A stretch of DNA of 64,000 nucleotides, from IMG/VR virus record IMGVR_UViG_3300033156_000312, positions 18,046-82,045 of that record; one strand, written 5' to 3'. The translations under genes and the position numbers were made by a program. Below, in pieces: positions 1 to 8,627 of this stretch. Each line of letters starts with the position of its first letter. Position 1 is the stretch's first letter. Below the pieces are notes generated by a model that was not told where the DNA came from, searched no databases, and saw only the letters and a program-made list of their open reading frames with translations. This stretch comes from a virus.

Positions 1-2
1 AG

Positions 3-248
3 AAACAAATCAAAGATTTATCTCTCAATATTGGAGGATTTGATGTTATGCACTTTGGTCATTACCATAAATTAAAAGAAAGAGAGATGGCTGATAAGGT
101 ATTGATAAAACAGAATGGATGTTGGATTGAGAAAGATAATTATGCTTTCAAGAAATTCAAAACTTATTCTGTTCCCAAACAGCATTTCTTTGGTTGTTCT
201 CCAAAGCGAGTTGAAACCTGGGGATATAAAATTGACCTAAGGGGTTGA
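3..248 (+). CDS. Calcineurin-like metallophosphoesterase, C-terminal part (5'-truncated by window)
   Basis: Frame open from base 3 (KQIKDLSLNIGGFDVMHFGHYH...NGCW..KDNYA); D..GHxH and NG motifs. Confidence 0.5.
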   Translation, partial: KQIKDLSLNIGGFDVMHFGHYHKLKEREMADKVLIKQNGCWIEKDNYAFKKFKTYSVPKQHFFGCSPKRVETWGYKIDLRG

Positions 249-272
249 GAACAAAGGACTTATGACAAATAA

Positions 273-551
273 ATGCGGACGAAAAATAAGGAGGAAGTAA
301 TGACAAAGTATCCTAAGTTTGAAAAAGTAGATGACCATACTATTCGTATAATTATGGAAAAAGCTAATGAAGTTTCATTAGCGAAGATTATACAAAACAG
401 AGAACAATTATTACAACAAAAGAAAATGGTCGAAGAAGCACTTAAAAATGTAGAAAAAGTGCTTGAAAATGCAAAAAAATTAGGTATAACTCCGAAAGAG
501 GTAACGTCTAATGACAGCCGAGATAATAAAAATTCAAAAAAGACCGAGTAA
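273..551 (+). CDS. Hypothetical coiled-coil protein (start probably 300)
   Basis: ORF track; AGGAGG before ATG 300. Confidence 0.55.
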   Translation: MRTKNKEEVMTKYPKFEKVDDHTIRIIMEKANEVSLAKIIQNREQLLQQKKMVEEALKNVEKVLENAKKLGITPKEVTSNDSRDNKNSKKTE

Positions 552-753
552 ATATGGTGGGTTTTTCTATTTAGTTTGTTTCAAAGGTCTTAATGGACAG
601 AGTTATATTTCGTATATTTATCCCAAAATGCGAAACTATGCACGTTGGAAAAAAGTTTTAGATGTAGGAATAACTTTATCAGGACTTCATTTAGTTAAAG
701 GTAAAAGAAATCTTGTTGACGCAGATAGCCGCTTCGTGAAAGTTGAGGAATAG
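511..753 (+). CDS. Hypothetical protein
   Basis: ORF track; GAGGT SD upstream. Confidence 0.55.
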   Translation: MTAEIIKIQKRPSKYGGFFYLVCFKGLNGQSYISYIYPKMRNYARWKKVLDVGITLSGLHLVKGKRNLVDADSRFVKVEE

Positions 754-755
754 TT

Positions 756-977
756 ATGGCAAGGAGAAAAAGAATGAAACACGTAAAGAAAAATAGGTCA
801 TTTGGACATAGACATAAGCATAACAAGAAAAGCGTAGCCGAACGGAAACGTATTAAAAATCTTTTGAAACGATGGAAAAAACAAGGTCGAGATGACCTTT
901 TAAATCAATACTTTCGTCAACAACAATTAGGAACTTTAGGAATATATGAAGTTCCTATAACTCCAAAAGGAATTTAA
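756..977 (+). CDS. Highly basic hypothetical protein
   Basis: K/R/H-rich ORF packed in operon. Confidence 0.5.
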   Translation: MARRKRMKHVKKNRSFGHRHKHNKKSVAERKRIKNLLKRWKKQGRDDLLNQYFRQQQLGTLGIYEVPITPKGI

Positions 978-978
978 T

Positions 979-2868
979 ATGCAATATAAACAAATAATTC
1001 TATCAAAGCTTATTGACTATTTAAAGTATAAAAAAATCAAATTGAGTCGAGGGCATATAAAGACTTTTTCTTGTCCTTTTTGTGGCAAGACAGCAACATT
1101 ATTACCAAACTCTCATTATGTAAATTGTTTTTTTTGTCGTCCTAAAGAAAATTTTGGAGAATATTTTACAGTTATAGATATTGCAAGAAAATTGGATAAA
1201 CCAGATGCTTCAGATGAAGAAATCTTACAATATCTTAAAGATATATTAAACATTAAAGTAATGACAAAACAAGATGAAGTAAAAGTAGAAGATATATTAA
1301 AGAAATATCAAGAATGGGGGTTCGATTTAGTTCCAATAGTTACTAATGGAAAAATTCCCGCAGAAAAAGAATGGACAAAGAAAACCCATAAAGATATAAA
1401 TGAATGGATGCGATGGATAAAAGACGGTCTTAACATAGGAGTTAAAACGGGAAAAGTAAGCAATATTATTGTAGTGGATATAGACCAAAAACCAATACCA
1501 AATGAAATCAAAAATTTATTAAGAGATGATAGCACTTTTATTCAAGAAACAACAAAGGGCTATCATTTATTTTATAAATATGACTCTGACTTACCAAAAA
1601 CTCGTATAGATGAAATCAAAATAGATATAGAGAATGATGGTGGGCAAGTTGTGATATATCCTTCGAGAATTAAAGATAAGGAAAGAAAAATTCAACAATT
1701 TGGAAAGATAGCAGAAATGCCCGAAGAATTAAAAGAATATCTAAAGAAACAAATGACCGTCCCTCGCAAAACTCAAAGTGAAAAGATAAGTGAAGATATA
1801 CAAACAGAAGATTTTAATTTAGGGGTATTGGGAGAAGGACAAAGAAATTCATCTTTAGTAAGAATAGGTGGAATTTTGAGAAAAGAACTTAATAAAAAAC
1901 AAACCGAGTATACTTTACATATGCTTAATAAAGTTTTATGTAAACGACCTCTCCCCGTCAAAGAAATGCGAGCTATGATAAATAGCTTAGATAAATATAC
2001 TCACTTTGATGAAAAAGAGTTGGCTCATAAAGTATTAGAATATTTGAGAGACATAGAAGAAGCTAATAGAAATGAAATTGCTATGGCAATAGTAGGAACT
2101 AATCGAGGAGAGGAAAAAAAGAGAATAGATAAAGCTCTACAATATTTGGTTAAAGAAAGATATGTATCTAAAATAGGGAGAAGTTATTCCATTCGAAAAA
2201 AAGTAGAATGGAAAGAAACTTTGATTAATATAGGAGTTCCGATTGATTTTCAAATGCCATATTTTTATGATTTAATGCACTTTCATTTTGGAGATTTAAT
2301 TATTATCGGGTCAAGAAACGCTACAGGAAAAACTCATATAGCCATGAATATAGTTAAACAATTAGTTGAACAGAAAATTACTCCTTATTATCTTTCTCTT
2401 GAAGGTGGTTCAAGATGGGCAAAAATAGCACTACAACTCGGATTAAAAGAAAGAGATTTTAAGTGGGAAGAAACTTCTAATCCTAATAATGTAGAATTAG
2501 AACAAAATGCTATTACTATAATTGATTGGTTATGTCCAAAAAGTTATGCAGAAACAGATAAAATATTACAAAACTTAAATGATAAAGTGCGTGAAACTAA
2601 AGGAATATTAATTGTTTTTGTTCAGTTACGAGATAATAACGAATGGTTAGCTAAAGATTTAATAAAACAATTCCCTGCTTTTGCTTGTAGATATATTTAT
2701 GATAATGAAGATAGTGGAGAATATGGCAAATTTAAAATAGACAAATTAAGAGATGCTAAAATACGTATTAAAAGTTATGAATTACCAGCATATTATAATT
2801 GGGAAACTAAAGAACTCATATTAGTTTCAGAATTAGAACAAAAAAAGAAATTAGAAAATGAAGAATAA
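979..2868 (+). CDS. Primase-polymerase (Prim-Pol/AEP) with N-terminal Zn ribbon, PriCT-like region and C-terminal RecA-fold helicase-like domain
   Basis: CPFC..CFFC; NIGVKTG..IIVVDID; TTKGYHLFY; GQVVIYPS; GEGQRN; Walker A-like GSRNATGKT; Walker B-like IIDW. Confidence 0.85.
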   Translation: MQYKQIILSKLIDYLKYKKIKLSRGHIKTFSCPFCGKTATLLPNSHYVNCFFCRPKENFGEYFTVIDIARKLDKPDASDEEILQYLKDILNIKVMTKQDEVKVEDILKKYQEWGFDLVPIVTNGKIPAEKEWTKKTHKDINEWMRWIKDGLNIGVKTGKVSNIIVVDIDQKPIPNEIKNLLRDDSTFIQETTKGYHLFYKYDSDLPKTRIDEIKIDIENDGGQVVIYPSRIKDKERKIQQFGKIAEMPEELKEYLKKQMTVPRKTQSEKISEDIQTEDFNLGVLGEGQRNSSLVRIGGILRKELNKKQTEYTLHMLNKVLCKRPLPVKEMRAMINSLDKYTHFDEKELAHKVLEYLRDIEEANRNEIAMAIVGTNRGEEKKRIDKALQYLVKERYVSKIGRSYSIRKKVEWKETLINIGVPIDFQMPYFYDLMHFHFGDLIIIGSRNATGKTHIAMNIVKQLVEQKITPYYLSLEGGSRWAKIALQLGLKERDFKWEETSNPNNVELEQNAITIIDWLCPKSYAETDKILQNLNDKVRETKGILIVFVQLRDNNEWLAKDLIKQFPAFACRYIYDNEDSGEYGKFKIDKLRDAKIRIKSYELPAYYNWETKELILVSELEQKKKLENEE

Positions 2869-3769
2869 AAAATTAAATCAATATATAATATCAGCTAAAA
2901 AGTTAATCAACATGCCTTATAATCAATTAAATTTAGCTAATTACAAGAAAAAATTTGTTAATATTTATAAATTAAAAAATATACACTTTATAAATACTTC
3001 TTCTAAAAAACCTATTAAATTAATGTCTGGACAATCTAAAAATGCAGGTATTATTGCTTCTTCAATTCCATCTTCCAAAAGAAATATTTATTTAATAGGT
3101 AAGGGGATTTTATTTGATGCAGGAGGATATGATTTAAAATCTTCTGGAAAAATGAATAATATGAAATGTGATATGAGCGGAATGGCAATAGCATTTGCTG
3201 TATCTTCTTATTTTAAAAATAATAATGTAATCGCTTATTGTCCTGTCGCTACAAATTTTATACATAATAACCAAATTACTCCTGGCGATTACATCAAGAT
3301 AGGAAATAAAACTGTAGAAATAACAAATACAGATGCAGAAGGTAGATTAATTTTAGCTGAAGCATTAAGTCAACTTACTGTTGAAAAGAATGATATAATT
3401 ATAACAATAGCTACTTTAACAGGAGTATGTGCTTATGCTATTGGAGAAAAAGCAACCGCTTTTATGACTCCAACTAAAGAATTTACTCATAAATACAAAC
3501 TTGCGAGCAAAAAAGCAAACGAACTTGCTTGGAGACTTCCATTATGGGACTATTTACAAAAATCTTTTAATAAAAAAAGAATAACGAATACTTCTAAGGA
3601 AAAATGTGGGACTATTATGGGGGGAATGTTCCTAAAACAATTTATTCCAAACCCCAAAAATTGGATTCATCTCGATATAGCTTATTCGGCTTATGATAAC
3701 AAAAAAAATAAGGCGACTGGAGAACCTATAATGAGTTTAGTTTACTTTGTTGAGGAGTTATTGAAATGA
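2858..3769 (+). CDS. M17 leucyl aminopeptidase, catalytic domain only
   Basis: GKGILFDAGGYDLK, MKCDMSG, NTDAEGRLILAE, ATLTG, WRLPL, WIHLDIA. Confidence 0.9.
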   Translation: MKNKKLNQYIISAKKLINMPYNQLNLANYKKKFVNIYKLKNIHFINTSSKKPIKLMSGQSKNAGIIASSIPSSKRNIYLIGKGILFDAGGYDLKSSGKMNNMKCDMSGMAIAFAVSSYFKNNNVIAYCPVATNFIHNNQITPGDYIKIGNKTVEITNTDAEGRLILAEALSQLTVEKNDIIITIATLTGVCAYAIGEKATAFMTPTKEFTHKYKLASKKANELAWRLPLWDYLQKSFNKKRITNTSKEKCGTIMGGMFLKQFIPNPKNWIHLDIAYSAYDNKKNKATGEPIMSLVYFVEELLK

Positions 3770-4296
3770 AATATCCAATTAAAAAAATAGAAAAGGCGTT
3801 TAATATCAAATTAAAAAGAAATGCTGTATCTCTTGGATTAGACACCGCCAGCAAATCGGGATATTGTATCGCAAAAACGAATACTAAAACTATCAAATTA
3901 GATATTGGGTTTATTAATATTGATGTAAAAGGGATTAAAGACAGAGTTTTAAAAAATGCTCTTAGATACGAAGAATTATATAGACAATTGAAAAAGCTTA
4001 TAAAATCAAATTATATTGTTGTGATTGAGGACGTTTTTCATTCATTTAATGCTTATACAACTATTTTATTAGCAAGAATAGGAGCAATTGCCTGGACTCT
4101 CGCAAAAGAAATTGACTGTAAGAAGATAATGTGGAAGACAGCCGTTCAAGCCAGGAAAGGTTTGAGCTTACCTTGTAACAAAAAGAAAAAAATAGTAATG
4201 AATGAAATGAACAAAATACTGAATACTAAGATAAAGAACTCTGATATGGTGGACGCATTAATTTTGGCTATTAATGGTCTAATTAAGGAGAAATAA
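3766..4296 (+). CDS. RuvC-like Holliday junction resolvase
   Basis: LGLDTAS..GY, VVIED, DMVDAL acidic tetrad pattern. Confidence 0.75.
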   Translation: MKYPIKKIEKAFNIKLKRNAVSLGLDTASKSGYCIAKTNTKTIKLDIGFINIDVKGIKDRVLKNALRYEELYRQLKKLIKSNYIVVIEDVFHSFNAYTTILLARIGAIAWTLAKEIDCKKIMWKTAVQARKGLSLPCNKKKKIVMNEMNKILNTKIKNSDMVDALILAINGLIKEK

Positions 4297-4460
4297 TGGA
4301 AGAACCGAATAAATTATTTTGGAAAATAGTTTTTATAGCGACAATAAGTTGCTTTCTAAGTTCTACTATGTTATATAGCCATACAGGCTTTTTAATTTTC
4401 AGTTTAAGTGTAGCTGTTATTTTAATATCTTTATTTTATAAAATTATTCGGAGATTTTAA
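4296..4460 (+). CDS. Small membrane protein (54 aa, not in ORF track)
   Basis: AAGGAG SD, TAATG overlap, two hydrophobic stretches. Confidence 0.5.
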   Translation: MEEPNKLFWKIVFIATISCFLSSTMLYSHTGFLIFSLSVAVILISLFYKIIRRF

Positions 4461-4465
4461 ATAAA

Positions 4466-4672
4466 ATGAAACCTATAACCATCTGGACTCGCTATACTAA
4501 ACAGAAAGACGGAACTTATAAATGGGAACATAATCACATTGAAGATGAGCTTATTAGAGGGATAGAACCTATTCCTAATTGTGAGTTTCAATGCAAAGCG
4601 TGGAAAGATGCTCAATGGCGTCGTTGTTGGGGGTATCTCAATGTTCGTAATAAAGTTATTACGTTTATTTAA
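4466..4672 (+). CDS. Hypothetical protein
   Basis: ORF track; GGAG SD. Confidence 0.5.
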   Translation: MKPITIWTRYTKQKDGTYKWEHNHIEDELIRGIEPIPNCEFQCKAWKDAQWRRCWGYLNVRNKVITFI

Positions 4673-4892
4673 GAAATCTAAATGTAATCATATTGTTGGT
4701 ATAAAGCACATTAAATTTGGACATAATGAAGTTGTTTATGAAGATGAATTTATTAATCATAAATGTAAATTTGACGGAGAAATTCTTTGGAAATGCCCTT
4801 TATGTAAGAAAGAAATTTGGGTATGGATTAATAAATATGAACCTGAATTTGGACATTTTCAAGCGAGACAATATGTGGGGTATAAAAGATGA
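4581..4892 (+). CDS. Hypothetical Cys/His-containing protein (start may be 4641)
   Basis: ORF track; CNH and CPLC. Confidence 0.45.
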   Translation: MSFNAKRGKMLNGVVVGGISMFVIKLLRLFKKSKCNHIVGIKHIKFGHNEVVYEDEFINHKCKFDGEILWKCPLCKKEIWVWINKYEPEFGHFQARQYVGYKR

Positions 4893-5110
4893 ATGAATTT
4901 TTTGAGAAATTTCATAAAGAACATTGGCTAAAAATTGAACTGTCTTTTATTGAATGGCTCTATAAATATAAAAATTTTTTAGGTAGATTAAAGTTAGAAG
5001 ATTTTAAACAATTTGATTCGAGAGAAGAAGCTATGAACACTTGGATTAACGAGATAATTCATGAAGTAAGGAGAGAGAAGTATGAAAAGAAGAATAAAAA
5101 GAAAACCTAA
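4889..5110 (+). CDS. Hypothetical protein
   Basis: ATGA overlap with previous ORF. Confidence 0.5.
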   Translation: MNEFFEKFHKEHWLKIELSFIEWLYKYKNFLGRLKLEDFKQFDSREEAMNTWINEIIHEVRREKYEKKNKKKT

Positions 5111-5396
5111 ACTCATAGGTAGATTTCGCCATTCTCATCTTATTAATTGCGGATTAAGAGTTGACCTTCATGAAGATGAAGATGAATGGGGCAGAATGAG
5201 TGAAAGTCTTTGCTATGAAATTCTTGAAGCTTCCAAAGAGAAACTCAAAATCAGAGTTTGGCATATTATTTATGAAGATAATATTGGAGAACAATGCGAA
5301 GATAGTTTAGGAATATTTGAAATAGATTTAACAGCTCCCTACAATAAAAATAATCTAAAGTTTATAAGGAGTGAATTGAAAGATGGAAAAAAATGA
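5082..5396 (+). CDS. Hypothetical protein
   Basis: AGGAG SD; operon packing. Confidence 0.5.
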   Translation: MKRRIKRKPKLIGRFRHSHLINCGLRVDLHEDEDEWGRMSESLCYEILEASKEKLKIRVWHIIYEDNIGEQCEDSLGIFEIDLTAPYNKNNLKFIRSELKDGKK

Positions 5397-6348
5397 AAGA
5401 CTAAATAGAATACTAAAAGAATTAGAGAACAAATATAATATTAAGAAAGCGAAAGATATAGATAAAGAAGATATTATATCTACAGAAATATTTCCTCTTG
5501 ATTATGTGCTATCTGGAGGAATTCATGAAACAGAAGGCGGACATAGAATAGAATTTTTTGGAGCAGAAAGCACAGGCAAATCAACTTTTGCTTTGCATAT
5601 AATTAAGAAATTTCAAGAACAAGGAAAAGTTTGCGTCTATATGGATGCTGAAAATTCCTATGATAAAGAATGGGCTGAGCAAATTGGCGTAGACAATGAA
5701 AAACTTTTAATAGTAAAACCTTCATCTTTAGAAGAAGCTGGAGATTTATTTGTGAAACTTATTCCAGAAGTGGATTTAATTGTTATAGATAGTATAGTAG
5801 GATTAATTCCTGAGGAAGAAATAGATAGAGAAACAAATCAACCTACTATGGGATTACAGGCAAGAGTTAATGCTCTTATTACAAGAAAAATATATAGAGC
5901 AATTGCTCATAAGAAAACCACTATGATATTTATTAATCAACTACGAGAGAAAATAGGGGTTATGTTTGGTAATCCCTATACTACTGGTGGTGGACGAGCA
6001 ATCAAACATATGTATAACACAAGAATAGAATTCAAAACAGGTGCACCTATTGAACATGGGAGTGGACAGAAGAAAGATAGAATTGGCTGGGAAATAAAGA
6101 TGAAATGTATTAAGAATAAAAAAGGAACTCCCTATCGTCAAGCAGTTGTTGATTTCTATTTTGATGGGAGAATAGATAATAAGAAAAGTTTGCTATTCTC
6201 TGCTATAAAGTATGGGATAATTGAACGAGCAGGGTCTTACTATAAATATGATAAAATTAAAGAACAAGGGGCAGAAAAATTCTGTGCAAAATTGGATAAT
6301 AAAGTCTGGAAGAAAATAGAAAAAGAAATATGGAAGAGGATAAAATAA
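5383..6348 (+). CDS. recA: RecA/UvsX recombinase
   Basis: IEFFGAESTGKS, YMDAE, LIVIDS, IFINQLREKIGVMFGNPYTTGGGRA, IKNK. Confidence 0.93.
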   Translation: MEKNERLNRILKELENKYNIKKAKDIDKEDIISTEIFPLDYVLSGGIHETEGGHRIEFFGAESTGKSTFALHIIKKFQEQGKVCVYMDAENSYDKEWAEQIGVDNEKLLIVKPSSLEEAGDLFVKLIPEVDLIVIDSIVGLIPEEEIDRETNQPTMGLQARVNALITRKIYRAIAHKKTTMIFINQLREKIGVMFGNPYTTGGGRAIKHMYNTRIEFKTGAPIEHGSGQKKDRIGWEIKMKCIKNKKGTPYRQAVVDFYFDGRIDNKKSLLFSAIKYGIIERAGSYYKYDKIKEQGAEKFCAKLDNKVWKKIEKEIWKRIK

Positions 6349-6560
6349 TGAAAATCAATACAGAATTTGATGTTAATGAGAAAGTTTTTGATGATTTAAC
6401 AGGCGAAGAAGCTACAGTTATTGGTATAGAATTTAAGAACGGAAAACGTTTTGGAGAATATGCTACTGCTTGTAATACTGTAGGTTATTGGGTAAATAAT
6501 GATTATCTTGGAGGTGGAAGGCATCCCTGGGAATTAAGTAAACTTATGAGGAGTAGATAA
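6330..6560 (+). CDS. Small SH3-like hypothetical protein (start probably 6348)
   Basis: F.V.EKV.D...A.V.G pattern; TAATG overlap with recA stop. Confidence 0.45.
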   Translation: MEEDKIMKINTEFDVNEKVFDDLTGEEATVIGIEFKNGKRFGEYATACNTVGYWVNNDYLGGGRHPWELSKLMRSR

Positions 6561-6704
6561 TGAAAATAACAATAACATATAAATCAAGTGTGCAAATAAG
6601 CCCTGAAGATTTCACTACATTTACTGAAGTTATAGATTGTAATGAAAATGAAACACTAAAAGAATTGCACAAACGGCTTACTGAAAAATGGTCTAATAAA
6701 AAAT

Positions 6705-6959
6705 TTGACGGAGAAATTCATTTTAGAGAAAATTAAAGAGAAGGAAATAAAACTTAATCCACTATTGAAATTTTTGAATAAATATTTAGATGTATTTGAT
6801 AAATTAAGCACAAGAGAACGAGAATTTATATTAACGACGTTAGAAAAATCTTGTTGTATGATAATTACACCAAAAAGAATATTATCTCAAACAGAGATAG
6901 AAGAATTGGGAAATAAATTAGTAAATAATAAAATAATAATCATTAACAAAGAATTATAA
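6705..6959 (+). CDS. Hypothetical protein
   Basis: ORF track; start uncertain. Confidence 0.35.
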   Translation: MTEKFILEKIKEKEIKLNPLLKFLNKYLDVFDKLSTREREFILTTLEKSCCMIITPKRILSQTEIEELGNKLVNNKIIIINKEL

Positions 6960-6969
6960 GGAGAAAATT

Positions 6970-7431
6970 ATGCGTATAAGAGATATTGAGAAGCTTTGTC
7001 AAGATAATGAAACTCTTGACCAAGTAATTGATGAATGTGAAAAATTGTGTAATAGAACAGATTATTGGATGAATTGTATGAAAGACGGATTGCTTTCTTC
7101 CGATAATCCGAAAGAAGTCGTAAATGCTTTACAAGAATTAACAGGCATATTTGGGCTTCTGAATACAGTAGTTGCTGTTGTTGGAACTGAAAAGAAAAAT
7201 AGAGAAGTTAGATATTACAACAAAATTCGTATGGATATGGAAAATGCAGGGAAAAAGTTTGTCTCTACTGTTGGGGAGAAACAAGCCAGTGAACATGTTG
7301 CAGAATATAGAAGAGTAAGAAACTATATACAAGCATATCGAGAATCCTGTGAAAAGGCTATATCAAGTTTACAGAGTATTTTAAAACAAATTCAGGTCGA
7401 AGCCAGATTAACAGGGAAAGAAGAGGGTTAA
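6970..7431 (+). CDS. Helical protein, possibly a UvsY-like recombination mediator
   Basis: All-helical 153 aa protein near recA; resemblance and context only. Confidence 0.4.
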   Translation: MRIRDIEKLCQDNETLDQVIDECEKLCNRTDYWMNCMKDGLLSSDNPKEVVNALQELTGIFGLLNTVVAVVGTEKKNREVRYYNKIRMDMENAGKKFVSTVGEKQASEHVAEYRRVRNYIQAYRESCEKAISSLQSILKQIQVEARLTGKEEG

Positions 7432-7432
7432 T

Positions 7433-7843
7433 ATGGATAGCGGAAATATACATAAGGTCTGGGGAACAAGAAGAAGAATACTTTTAACAAATACTATAGA
7501 ATTAGATTTGCTTCATTTAAAGAAAGATACTTTTTGTAGCACACATTCTCACAAATCTAAAATTAATCTATTTACTGTTATTAAGGGAAAAGTTAGGATT
7601 GAAACGGAGTTTGGAAGAATTATCTTAAAGAAAAATGAATCTTTTGAAGTTAGACCGCCATTAAAACACCGTTTCGTAGCTTTAATGAATAGTATAATGG
7701 TTGAAACTGCTTATGTAAATAATGGAAAGATAGATACAAATGATATTAATAGAAACGTCTTAGGGGGAAGAATTATTAAAGGAAAATATATTAGTATTCC
7801 CGAATTAAGAAAAAAAGGATATTTGGAATTAAATAATGAATAA
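7433..7843 (+). CDS. Cupin-domain protein (sugar isomerase/epimerase-like)
   Basis: HKVWG, CSTHSH..K...F.V..G, P...HRF..E cupin motifs. Confidence 0.75.
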   Translation: MDSGNIHKVWGTRRRILLTNTIELDLLHLKKDTFCSTHSHKSKINLFTVIKGKVRIETEFGRIILKKNESFEVRPPLKHRFVALMNSIMVETAYVNNGKIDTNDINRNVLGGRIIKGKYISIPELRKKGYLELNNE

Positions 7844-8627
7844 ACGACAGAAAAAATATTTAACAAATAAATGTAAAGATTGTGGGAAAACTTGTTGTGA
7901 TGTATCAATAAGATGTAAAAAATGTGCAAATATAAAAGTTAATAAAATGAAAAAATTTAATTTTTCAAAAAAATTATTAGAAAAAGAATATATATTAAAT
8001 AGAAAGTCTTTGAAACAAATTGCGAAAAAATTAAATTGTTCTTCTGCGACAATTGCAAATTATTTAAAATTGTATAATATTAAAACAAGAACTTCTTGGG
8101 AAGGGTCAGAATATAAATCAAAAAAATGTAAATATTGTAAAGGAGAATTCATTTCTGTTTATAAACAACAAAAATATTGCTCTGATATTTGTGCGAGATA
8201 TGATTGGAGAAAAAATAATATAGATAAGATTCGCAAACAACAACGAGAATTCGCCAATAAAAATTATTCTAAATATAAAATAAGAATACAAAAATACGGT
8301 AAAAATTTTCGTAAAAAATATCCATGGATAGTAACCTTTAAAAATATAAATCAAAGATGTAATAATCCGAATAATTCGCATTTTAAATATTATGGAGGTA
8401 GAGGAATAAAAAATCGACTTACAATAAAAGATTTAAAATTTCTTTGGTTTAAAAACAAAGCATATTTAATGAAATGCCCCAGTATTCATAGAATAAATAA
8501 TGATAAAGATTATACATTAAAAAATTGTGAATATATTGAACTATCTAAAAATATTAGTTATCGAAATATAATAAATAATATCAAACGATTAAAGAGGAGA
8601 ATATTAAAATTCAATGCAATTAGTTAA
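7836..8627 (+). CDS. HNH homing endonuclease with Zn-finger and HTH
   Basis: CxxC pairs, SLKQIAKKLNCS HTH, QRC.NPN...Y.YGGRGI, SIHRINNDKDY...NC. Confidence 0.85.
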   Translation: MNKRQKKYLTNKCKDCGKTCCDVSIRCKKCANIKVNKMKKFNFSKKLLEKEYILNRKSLKQIAKKLNCSSATIANYLKLYNIKTRTSWEGSEYKSKKCKYCKGEFISVYKQQKYCSDICARYDWRKNNIDKIRKQQREFANKNYSKYKIRIQKYGKNFRKKYPWIVTFKNINQRCNNPNNSHFKYYGGRGIKNRLTIKDLKFLWFKNKAYLMKCPSIHRINNDKDYTLKNCEYIELSKNISYRNIINNIKRLKRRILKFNAIS

